Origin: Gemmata obscuriglobus
GTDB taxonomy: Bacteria > Planctomycetota > Planctomycetia > Gemmatales > Gemmataceae
Assembly: GCF_008065095.1 (NCBI RefSeq)
Contig: NZ_CP042911.1
Span: 4,050,001 to 4,082,000 of the forward strand
DNA length: 32,000 bases
Direction of reading: 5' to 3'
The first letter of the stretch is position 1. Every line of letters starts with the position of its first letter. Below, one piece after another: positions 7,998-16,087 of this stretch. The position numbers and the translations under genes are program-made. The notes under the pieces were generated by a model. The model ran no database searches and was not told the DNA's origin. It saw only the letters and a program-made list of their open reading frames with translations.

Positions 7998-8264
7998 ATG
8001 CTCACGTTCGTGGTCACGCTGCGCGGCGGCCGCCGGTACACGATCCGGGCCGCGGAGATGCGGTTCGGGTACGACGGCGCGTTGGAACTGCTCGGGTTCG
8101 CGCCGCCCACCGACGCCGAGCCGTTTCCCGGCAAACAGGCGGTGGCACTCTTCTCCGCGGGCGAAGTGGAGTCGGTCGTTGCCCGCGAGTTCCTCGTCTC
8201 CGAGGAGCCCAGCGAGCCGAAGCCGTGCGTGGTGCAGCCGAACAGTGACCCGATTCCGTTCTGA
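7998..8264 (+). CDS. Small hypothetical protein inserted between ybaB and recR
   Basis: 88 aa. GGAGG lies 7 nt upstream of the ATG. Third-position GC is high. I recognise no motif. Confidence 0.5.
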   Translation: MLTFVVTLRGGRRYTIRAAEMRFGYDGALELLGFAPPTDAEPFPGKQAVALFSAGEVESVVAREFLVSEEPSEPKPCVVQPNSDPIPF

Positions 8265-8314
8265 GGGCGTACCCGCCGCCCGCGACCGTCGCGGGCGGAT
8301 GGGCGAGCGAGGGT

Positions 8315-8920
8315 GTGTTCGTGCCTGAGCCTGTCGGGGTCATAGCCGGGCTGCTGGAGGAGCTGACCAAGCTCCCCGGTGTCGGTCCGAAGAGTGCCGA
8401 GCGCATCGCGCACTTCCTGCTCGCGGGCGACCGCCGACACGCGGTCGAACTCGCCGACGCGCTCCGAGCCGTCGCGGACCGGGTTCGGCCGTGCAAAGAG
8501 TGCTTTAATCTGACCGACGGAGAACTGTGCCCGATTTGTAGCGACCCGAAGCGCGACGGCGGGTTATTGTGTGTGGTGGAGACCCCGCGCGATGTCAACT
8601 CGTTCGAGCGGGCGGGCAACTTTCGCGGGCTGTATCACGTGCTCGGCGGGCGGCTCGCCCCGCTCGACGGCATGGGACCGGACCGGCTCACGTTCACCGC
8701 ACTGGTGGAGCGGGTCCGCCGGGGCGGGGTCCGTGAGGTGATCCTCGCAACCAGTCCGACACTCGAAGGGGACGGCACCGCACTGCTCGCGTCCACGGTA
8801 CTTGCTCAGACTGGTGTGCAGGTGACGCGATTGGCGCGCGGTTTGCCCAGTGGTAGCTCTCTGGAACTCGCGAACGCACAGATGCTTGCCGAAGCACTCG
8901 ACGGGCGACGCAACTTCTGA
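8315..8920 (+). CDS. recR: Recombination protein RecR
   Basis: HhH motif LPGVGPKSAERIA, Cys4 zinc finger CKECFNLTDGELCPIC, and a Toprim region VVETPRDV...EVILATSPTLEGD. The GTG at 8321 has better SD spacing (GAGGG at 8309-8313) and may be the true start. Confidence 0.93.
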   Translation: MFVPEPVGVIAGLLEELTKLPGVGPKSAERIAHFLLAGDRRHAVELADALRAVADRVRPCKECFNLTDGELCPICSDPKRDGGLLCVVETPRDVNSFERAGNFRGLYHVLGGRLAPLDGMGPDRLTFTALVERVRRGGVREVILATSPTLEGDGTALLASTVLAQTGVQVTRLARGLPSGSSLELANAQMLAEALDGRRNF

Positions 8921-9027
8921 GTGCGAAGCCGTCGGGACAGTCGGAGTTGATTGCGACCGGTTGAAATTACGGCACGCCGATTGGTGCCTCAGCGTGCGAC
9001 CCGCACGCTCAAGATGAGAGGGAGCCG

Positions 9028-10563
9028 ATGAGCGGTATTCGACTTGGAATAAACCTGGTCCAGCGCCCGGACTTGCGCCAGGTACTGGCTCCGCGCATGA
9101 TCCAGTCGATGGAAATCCTTCAACTGTCGATTACGGATTTACAAGCCAAGATCGACGACGCCCTCCAAGAGAACCCGTTTCTGGAGCTGAAGGAAAAGCT
9201 GGGCGAGACGGACGAGCCGCCGACCGACTTCAACCCCGACGCGCCGCTGAAGCACGACGAGACCGGCGACCTCGAGTTCAACCGGCTCGAAGAGCTGAAC
9301 CGCGACTGGGACGACCACTTCAACGAGGAGCACCGCGGCAGCCGCGCGTCGCTCGAAGAAGAGGGAGACCGTAAGCTCGAAGCGATGGCCAACATGCCGG
9401 ACCGGCCGCCGTCGCTTCAGGACTACCTCGCGGACCAGATCGGCGAACTCGACATTGAGGAGGACGACCGCCGGCTCGCGCGACACATTTGCAGCTTCGT
9501 GGACCGCACGGGCTACCTGGGCGCCCGCGAGCGGGCGAACGAGAACGACGACAAGGACACGTTCCGCACCGTCACGCTCGAAGAGATCGCGGCGCTGTAC
9601 GACCGGCTCGTGACGCCCGAAGACGTGGAAGACGTACTGGTCCACGTGGTTCAGAGGCTGGAGCCCGCGGGCGTTGCGGCCCGCGACCTCAAAGAGTGTC
9701 TACTGCTCCAGGTGCCGCACGACGCGCCCCACGCCGACGCGCTGCGCACCCTCATCCGCGACCACTTGGAAGATGTCGCGTACAACCGCATCCCGGTGAT
9801 TCAAAAAGCGACCCGGCTCGAGATCGCGGCCATTCAGGAGGCGATCGAGGAGATTCACCACCTCGATCCCAAGCCGGGCCTGAAGTTCTCGGACTCGGGC
9901 ACGCAGTACGTCATGCCGGACGTGGTGGTGGAGCGCGCGGACGACAACGATTACACGGTCCGGCTGACGGACGAGTGGGTGCCGCGCATCCGCGTCAGCA
10001 AGCGCGTCGTGGACATGTGCAAGCGCCAAGACCTCGACGACAAGGTGAAAGACAAGCTCCGCCAGAAGCTCCAGCAGGCCGACTGGCTGGTGAAGGCCGT
10101 CGAGCAGCGCCGCAACACGCTGATGAAGGTGACGAAGGCGATCATCGACCACCAGCGGGCGTTTTTGGACTTCGGGCCGGAGCACATTCAGCCGCTCAAG
10201 ATGCAGCAGATCGCCGACCAGGTGAAGGTTCACGTGACGACCGTGAGCCGGGCGGTGGACGACAAGTGGGTGCAGACCCCGCGCGGCGTGTTCCCGCTAA
10301 AGCGGTTCTTCGGGGGCGGGAAGGCGAAGGACGAGAACGATGTCAACAGCGAAGTCGTCGCCTACGAAGTGATGAAGCAGAAGCTGCTGGAACTCGTCTC
10401 CAACGAGGACAAGGCGAACCCGCTGTCGGACGAGGAACTGGTCGCGCGCCTCAAGGCCGGTGGGTGCCCGGTGGCACGGCGGACGGTGACCAAGTACCGC
10501 AAGATGCTGAAGATCCCGAGCAGCCGGCAGCGCAAGGACTGGTCGCTCTCTGGAACTCCGTGA
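9028..10563 (+). CDS. rpoN: RNA polymerase sigma-54 factor
   Basis: 511 aa. Region I LRQVLAPRMIQSMEILQLS, an acidic region II, and a C-terminal RpoN box ARRTVTKYRKMLKIPSSRQRK. SD GAGGGAG precedes the start. Confidence 0.95.
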   Translation: MSGIRLGINLVQRPDLRQVLAPRMIQSMEILQLSITDLQAKIDDALQENPFLELKEKLGETDEPPTDFNPDAPLKHDETGDLEFNRLEELNRDWDDHFNEEHRGSRASLEEEGDRKLEAMANMPDRPPSLQDYLADQIGELDIEEDDRRLARHICSFVDRTGYLGARERANENDDKDTFRTVTLEEIAALYDRLVTPEDVEDVLVHVVQRLEPAGVAARDLKECLLLQVPHDAPHADALRTLIRDHLEDVAYNRIPVIQKATRLEIAAIQEAIEEIHHLDPKPGLKFSDSGTQYVMPDVVVERADDNDYTVRLTDEWVPRIRVSKRVVDMCKRQDLDDKVKDKLRQKLQQADWLVKAVEQRRNTLMKVTKAIIDHQRAFLDFGPEHIQPLKMQQIADQVKVHVTTVSRAVDDKWVQTPRGVFPLKRFFGGGKAKDENDVNSEVVAYEVMKQKLLELVSNEDKANPLSDEELVARLKAGGCPVARRTVTKYRKMLKIPSSRQRKDWSLSGTP

Positions 10564-10681
10564 GTCGGCACCCGCCTTCGAGGCGGTGTTGGCGGTTCGG
10601 TTTCAATGGGAGAACGACTCCGGGCACCGGTCGCCCCGCGGATGAGTTCCGGTTGATCCTTCGCAACGACCCGACTACAGT

Positions 10682-10713
10682 CCCTCGCGGTCGCTCCGCG
10701 AGGGCTTTCGTTT
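10682..10713 (+). terminator. Rho-independent terminator candidate downstream of rpoN
   Basis: Perfect 9-bp stem CCCTCGCGG / CCGCGAGGG with a 5-nt loop, followed by CTTTCGTTT. Confidence 0.6.
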
Positions 10714-11815
10714 GACGGCATCTGTGGAAACGCTGCACTCGACTGAGTCGTTTTGGAGCGGCTGCCGGGCGTGTGTGCTTGGCGGGAACGGGTTCCTCGG
10801 TCGGCACATCGTGGCGGCGCTGCTCGCGCGTGGGGCGCGGGTCCGCACGCTGTCACTTCCGGGGCCGCCGGACGATTCCCATCCCGAACTCGAAACGCGT
10901 ACTGGTGATGTCACCGACCGCGCCGCCGTTCGCGATGCGATGGCGGGTGCCCGCGTGGTGTTCCTGGCCGCCGGGCCGGTCGGCGGGGGCCGGCACGCGG
11001 CCGGCGTAATGAACGCGCACACCGCCGCAGTTGACTGCGTTCTTGACGAACTGCCGACGAACGCACGGTTGGTACTCACCTCAAGTGTTGTCGCAGTTGG
11101 TGCCGGACACGGTGCCGTGCTGACCGAAGACAGTGTGTTCCCCAATAGTAATTTGAAGGTTGGTTACGTCCGAGCGAAGCGCGCGGCCGAGGACCGGGCG
11201 TTGGCCGCGGCGCGCCGGCGAGACCTCGTGGTGGTCAACCCCGGCTACCTGTTCGGTCCCAACGACCCCGGGCCGTCGGTCATGGGGCGACTGTGCGTGC
11301 GGTTCTGGCGCGGCAACTTGCTGCTCCCGCCCCCCGGCGGGATCAATGTTGTAGACGTGCGCGACGTGGCTGTCGGGCATTTGCTCGCCGCCGAGCACGG
11401 GGCTGCCGGCCGGCGGTACATTTTGGGTGGTGCGAACGTGACGTTCGCCGAGCTGTTCGCCGGACTGGCACGCGCCGCCGGGTTGCGGCGCGCGGTCCTG
11501 CCGGGTTTCCGCCCGGCGTTGCCGGGGCCGGCGCTGTGGCTCCTCGGCGCGCTGGGAGAGTTGGGCGCGCGGGTCACCGGGAAGCCCTCGGACGTGTCGC
11601 TCGAACTGGCCCGGCTCTTCCGCCTCAAGTGGTTCGCGAGTTCCGCGCGCGCGGAGGCCGAACTGGGGTTCCGCGTCCGTCCGCTGGCGGACACGCTGGC
11701 CGATGCGTTCGCGTGGCACGCGGGGCGCACCCGCGTCGCGCCCCGCGGGCTGAACCGGCTGTGGCTCCGCACGGACCGGTCGGCAGTACCCCGCGGGCCG
11801 GATGTTGCGGTATAA
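10712..11815 (+). CDS. NAD(P)-dependent epimerase/dehydratase (extended SDR family)
   Basis: Rossmann motif VLGGNGFLGRHIV and catalytic YVRAK (YxxxK). The start is uncertain. The TTG at 10712 overlaps the terminator tail. In-frame GTGs at 10724 or 10775 are alternatives. Confidence 0.8.
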   Translation: MTASVETLHSTESFWSGCRACVLGGNGFLGRHIVAALLARGARVRTLSLPGPPDDSHPELETRTGDVTDRAAVRDAMAGARVVFLAAGPVGGGRHAAGVMNAHTAAVDCVLDELPTNARLVLTSSVVAVGAGHGAVLTEDSVFPNSNLKVGYVRAKRAAEDRALAAARRRDLVVVNPGYLFGPNDPGPSVMGRLCVRFWRGNLLLPPPGGINVVDVRDVAVGHLLAAEHGAAGRRYILGGANVTFAELFAGLARAAGLRRAVLPGFRPALPGPALWLLGALGELGARVTGKPSDVSLELARLFRLKWFASSARAEAELGFRVRPLADTLADAFAWHAGRTRVAPRGLNRLWLRTDRSAVPRGPDVAV

Positions 11816-13391
11816 TTCGGTCACCATGACACGCGCCGAACTCGCCTCCGACGAAGCCGCGATCCGCCTCGGCGGCGGCGCCAAAGCCATCGACCGGCAG
11901 CACGAGAAAGGGCGGCTGACCGCCCGCGAGCGAATCGCGAAGCTGCTCGATCCGGGGACCGAACTCTTCGAACTGGGCCTCTGGGCCGGGTGGGGCCTGT
12001 ACGCCGAGTACGGCGGCGCGCCGGCCGCCGGAGTGGTTACGGGCCTCGGCACCGTGGCCGGGCGCAGGGTCATGGTGATTGCGAACGACGCCACGGTGAA
12101 GGCCGGCGCGTTCTTCCCGATGACGTGCAAAAAGGTGCTCCGCGCCCAGCGCATCGCCACCGAGAACCGGCTCCCGCTCGTGTACCTGGTGGACTCCGCG
12201 GGCGTATTCTTGCCCCTCCAGGACGAGGTGTTCCCCGACGAGGACGACTTCGGGCGCATCTTCCGTAACAACGCCGTGATCTCCGGCGCGGGCATCCCGC
12301 AGTTCGCCGCGATCATGGGTAACTGCGTCGCGGGCGGCGGCTACCTGCCGGTCCTGTGCGACGTGCTGCTCATGACCGAGGGGAGCGGCCTGTACCTCGC
12401 CGGGCCGGCGCTCGTGAGAGCCGCGATCGGCCAGGTCGTCGATTCCGAAGCGCTCGGCGGCGCGAAGATGCACGCCGCCGTCAGCGGGACGATCGATTAC
12501 CGCGAACCCAACGACCCCGCCTGCCTCGAACGGCTGCGCCGACTGATCGGCGCGCTTCCGCCCGACAAGACATCTCATTCCGTAAGCGCGGCACCCGGCG
12601 GCGAAGACCCGTGGGAGGCGTTTACGAAGCCCGAGTACGACGTGCGCGGGCTGCTCGCTTTGCTCCTTGATGAGGCGACACCGTTTGATGAATACAAGGC
12701 GGAATACGGCCAGACGGTTGTGTGCGGCTGGGGCAAACTCGGCGGCCAAACGGTCGGCGTCGTCGCGAACCAGAAGACGCGGGTGAAGGCGGCGTCCGGC
12801 CCGGTGCAGTTCGGCGGGGTGCTCTACGTCGATTCGGCGGAAAAGGCGGCGCGGTTCGTGATGGACTGCAACCAGCTCCGCGTTCCGATTCTGTTCGTCC
12901 AGAACGTCAACGGGTTTATGGTGGGCCGGGAGTCCGAGGAGAGCGGGATCATCAAGGCCGGGGCGAAGCTGGTGAACGCGATCTCCAACAGCGTGGTGCC
13001 CAAACTCACGCTGATCACCGGCGGCAGCTACGGGGCCGGGAACTACGCGCTGTGCGGCAAGGCGTTCGACCCGCGGTTCATCTTCGCGTGGCCGAACGCG
13101 CAGTACGCGGTGATGGGCGGGAACCAGGCTGCGAGCACGCTGCTCGACGTTCAGGTTCAGGCGCTGAAGCGCGCCGGGAAAGAGCCCGACGCCGCGGAAC
13201 TGGCCGCCCTGCGCGATCGCGTGAAGGCCGACTACGACAAGCAAACCGATATCCGGTATGCCGCCGCACGCCTTTGGGTCGACGCAATTGTGCGCCCCGA
13301 GGGCACCCGGGACGCGCTGCTGACGGCGTTAGCCGTCGTGACGCGCTACGACGACGGGCGGCCGTTCCAGACCGGTGTGTTTCAGGTGTGA
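11802..13391 (+). CDS. Acyl-CoA carboxylase carboxyltransferase (beta) subunit, methylcrotonyl-CoA-carboxylase-beta-like
   Basis: VIANDATVKAGAFFPMTCKK, LVDSAGVFLPLQDEVFPD..FGRIF, GNCVAGGGYLP, and LGGAKMH. An alternative ATG start lies at 11826. Confidence 0.85.
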   Translation: MLRYNSVTMTRAELASDEAAIRLGGGAKAIDRQHEKGRLTARERIAKLLDPGTELFELGLWAGWGLYAEYGGAPAAGVVTGLGTVAGRRVMVIANDATVKAGAFFPMTCKKVLRAQRIATENRLPLVYLVDSAGVFLPLQDEVFPDEDDFGRIFRNNAVISGAGIPQFAAIMGNCVAGGGYLPVLCDVLLMTEGSGLYLAGPALVRAAIGQVVDSEALGGAKMHAAVSGTIDYREPNDPACLERLRRLIGALPPDKTSHSVSAAPGGEDPWEAFTKPEYDVRGLLALLLDEATPFDEYKAEYGQTVVCGWGKLGGQTVGVVANQKTRVKAASGPVQFGGVLYVDSAEKAARFVMDCNQLRVPILFVQNVNGFMVGRESEESGIIKAGAKLVNAISNSVVPKLTLITGGSYGAGNYALCGKAFDPRFIFAWPNAQYAVMGGNQAASTLLDVQVQALKRAGKEPDAAELAALRDRVKADYDKQTDIRYAAARLWVDAIVRPEGTRDALLTALAVVTRYDDGRPFQTGVFQV

Positions 13392-13408
13392 CCGCCACGA
13401 ATGCGGAG

Positions 13409-13437
13409 CCAGAACAGATACCGGACGCCTGTTCTGG
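13409..13437. terminator. Hairpin between convergent genes (bidirectional terminator candidate)
   Basis: Perfect 9-bp stem CCAGAACAG / CTGTTCTGG with an 11-nt loop. It lies in the 66-bp gap between the stops at 13391 (+) and 13458 (-). Confidence 0.45.
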
Positions 13438-13457
13438 TCCCGCGCTCCGAAGAGCCC

Positions 13458-14513
13458 TCACTCGTCGTACTTGAGCAGGAACTTCGGGTTGATCGCCTTG
13501 AAGCTGAGACGCCCGAGGTAGTCGTCCTGGACTTCGCTCAGCGGTCGCAACACGATCCCCTCGCGCTGTATCTTCGGGTTCAGGGTGCTCGTGCCCTCAG
13601 AAAGCGCGACAAGCTCGTCGACCCCGTGGTCGAGTACAAGCGTGCCGAGCGCCGGGACCGGTTCCAGCCCCAGTTCCGCCACCGCTGTGAGCATGTCCGA
13701 GCGGTCGAGGTACCGGTAGGTGCTCACGTCGAACACGTTAAACACCTTCAACGCCAGTTCCTTCAGCCCGTACTTGTTCTGCTGGACCCCCGGACCGATG
13801 ACCTCGCCTTGCACCGCCACGTCGTGCCCGCGGGCGGCGGCGAACGTGCGGAGCCGCTCTTCGAGCCCCAAGGCTTTCGCCACACGGACGAGCGTGGCGG
13901 TGTCGTCGGTGGTGTCGAGCAGCAGGTTCCGGCTGCACACCCCAAATTCCCCCGCGCGGACGAACGCCGTGAACGACGTGCCGTCCAGCTTCTCAGTGAG
14001 GTAGAACTCCACCCCCTGGTAACGCGCGAGGGTCTTTTCGAGCACCTGCACGCGGGTCTCGTCGGTCTTGGGTAGGAACCCTGGGAAGTTGCCCTTACTG
14101 CGACCCGCGGAGCCGGTTTGCGGCGGCTCCCACTTGCGCACCCCCAGCGCCTCGGTGACGTCGGCACCCTCGCCGTCCGGTGTGCCGGTGGGCAGTACGC
14201 TCAAGGGAAAGCAGATTCCCTGCGACACCTGCCCGCGGAGCCGGACCGTCTTGATGCGGAACCCGGCGTGCTGGAGAACCGTTCCGGTGCCGTCGACGAT
14301 CGCGGGCTTGTAGCTGCTCGGGCGCAAGAACTCGAAGTCCGGAACCTCCGGCAGGAGGGAGTCAATTTCGCAGTACACCACACGGTCGCCGGGCCGGAAT
14401 TCGCCTTTTTTGACGACCACCCACCAGCCCAGGACGCGGATCTTCTCGATCGCGTCGGCTCCGGGAATGGGTTCCGCGGTGGTGACGGTTTGAACAGTAG
14501 CGAGCGTGCGCAT
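13458..14513 (-). CDS. ATP-dependent RNA ligase, DraRnl/Rnl5-like (N-terminal OB domain plus nucleotidyltransferase domain)
   Basis: 351 aa. Motif I TEKLDGTS, with the Lys codon at 13989-13991. GEFGVCSRN, VQGEVIGPG, LKVFNVFD and REGIVLRP follow in the order expected for ligase motifs III-V. The N-terminus IEKIRVLGWWVVVKKGEF..GDRVVYCEIDSLLP is like the DRB0094 family. SD GAAGGAG precedes the start. Confidence 0.8.
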   Translation of the reverse strand: MRTLATVQTVTTAEPIPGADAIEKIRVLGWWVVVKKGEFRPGDRVVYCEIDSLLPEVPDFEFLRPSSYKPAIVDGTGTVLQHAGFRIKTVRLRGQVSQGICFPLSVLPTGTPDGEGADVTEALGVRKWEPPQTGSAGRSKGNFPGFLPKTDETRVQVLEKTLARYQGVEFYLTEKLDGTSFTAFVRAGEFGVCSRNLLLDTTDDTATLVRVAKALGLEERLRTFAAARGHDVAVQGEVIGPGVQQNKYGLKELALKVFNVFDVSTYRYLDRSDMLTAVAELGLEPVPALGTLVLDHGVDELVALSEGTSTLNPKIQREGIVLRPLSEVQDDYLGRLSFKAINPKFLLKYDE

Positions 14514-14696
14514 GTGGGCTCCTTCGGCCGGCTGGGGCTTCCGGTACGGAGGTGCGGGGGCCGCGCCGGGTTCGCGACGCCGTGGTTGGAGCGGTATCGG
14601 GGGCGCCGCCTCCTATCTCTTGCCGCACGAGTTGACAGCGTGCCGCAGGTGACTAATAATCGCGACTCCTCTCCGCGCCACTCTGAGGTCGCGAGC

Positions 14697-15722
14697 ATGT
14701 CACGTTTTGGTTTGCTGTTAGTGCTCACTCTGTTGGTCGTGGGGTGCGGTCAAAAGCCCAAGTCCAATCCGCCCCCGCCGCCGCTGCAGGACAGCGGGGC
14801 CGACATGGCGCCGGGGGCGATGCGCAAGGGCGAGGAAAAGGGCGAGGGGCGCGGGCACCCGCACCGGCTCATGGCCGGAACGTGGCGGGCGGTCCGCGAC
14901 CACGTTACCGTCTCGGTCGAAGCGATGCCTAAGCTCGATGACGACGACGACTTCTTCATGGTTGCCGTATACGTCCAGAATCGCAGCCCGAACGCGGCGG
15001 TCCAGTTCACCAACTGGAAGGACCCGGGGCAGGTCACGCTCAAGGACGCAACGGGCAAGCGGTACCCCCTCGTTCCCATCTCCGCACTTGTCGAGAAGAG
15101 TCTGCGCGAGACTAAGACAGAATCGGCGCCTGAGTACGGTGCCGGGCCGGTGCTCCCGGACCAAGCGCGCATGACGTTCCTCAAGTTCGACCGTGCCGTA
15201 CAGTCCGCCGAGTACCTGGACCTGGACCTGGACGGGGCGCCGGTCGGGTTTCAGGAACCGATCCTGTTTCGCATTCCCAAGGAGGTGCTCGGCGCACGCA
15301 CCCCGGCCCAGGAGAAAGCGGTCAAGGACGAGCTGGCGAAAGTTCAGGGCAAATGGCGACTCGTCAGCATTGAGCGCGACGGCAAGCGGCCCCAGCCGCC
15401 GGCCGGTGTGGAGGCGTTTGTGACGGTGAAAGGGGATCAGTGGACGCTGACGGTTACCAATGAAAAAGGGCGCAGTGAATGTACCATCCGCATGGATCCG
15501 GCGACCAATCCGGGCACGTTCGATCTCATCCGAACGATTAAACTCGAAAACGGTGAGCCGTTTAAAATAGTCGAAAAAGGTATTTACAAACTCGAAGGGG
15601 GCACACTAACGGTGTGCGCGAATCAGGGCGTCGAGCGTTACGACCCGACGAGACCGCGACCCACCAGCTTCCAATCCGGCGGCGGGAACAGCGTCCGCGT
15701 ACTTCAGCGGGTCGATAAATAG
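14697..15722 (+). CDS. Lipoprotein with C-terminal TIGR03067-type (Planctomycetes-specific) domain
   Basis: Signal peptide with lipobox MSRFGLLLVLTLLVVGC and a Pro-rich linker. The C-terminus LAKVQGKWRLVSIERDGK...DPATNPGTFDL...GIYKLEGGTLTVCAN...RPTSF matches my recollection of the TIGR03067 pattern. Confidence 0.75.
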   Translation: MSRFGLLLVLTLLVVGCGQKPKSNPPPPPLQDSGADMAPGAMRKGEEKGEGRGHPHRLMAGTWRAVRDHVTVSVEAMPKLDDDDDFFMVAVYVQNRSPNAAVQFTNWKDPGQVTLKDATGKRYPLVPISALVEKSLRETKTESAPEYGAGPVLPDQARMTFLKFDRAVQSAEYLDLDLDGAPVGFQEPILFRIPKEVLGARTPAQEKAVKDELAKVQGKWRLVSIERDGKRPQPPAGVEAFVTVKGDQWTLTVTNEKGRSECTIRMDPATNPGTFDLIRTIKLENGEPFKIVEKGIYKLEGGTLTVCANQGVERYDPTRPRPTSFQSGGGNSVRVLQRVDK

Positions 15723-16087
15723 AAACTGTTTGTTGTGATGACGATTTTAATTCAATATCGGTAGTGCGATCCAAATTGTGCCGCGGCTGGAGTGGGTCAT
15801 CGTCTTTCGGATGAAGGCTTTGCCGCGGTTCGTGTGTGCATGGTGCGTTAGCGAATTGAAAGAGACCCATCTTCGGAATCGGCGGCGCCGTGGTCGGGAA
15901 CCCGACCAGCATCGTATCCAATTGCACAACTCGTCACGACACAGCGAATCACGACAACCTGAAACAGGGAAGGGGAGCGCCGGCGCAAACGCGCGGCGCG
16001 CCCTCCTGGCCCGGAGGGCGTCTGCGGAGGGGTTCCGGTGAGCGACCGACGGGTGTTATCATGAGACGCGTTCAACCCGGAGTTGTT

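Noticed and set aside
8966-8985. CGGCACGCCGATTGGT upstream of rpoN as a sigma-54 promoter (autoregulation).
   Set aside because: The -12 element is GG instead of the invariant GC. The segment also forms a simple 5-bp hairpin (GGCAC/GTGCC), which explains the pattern.
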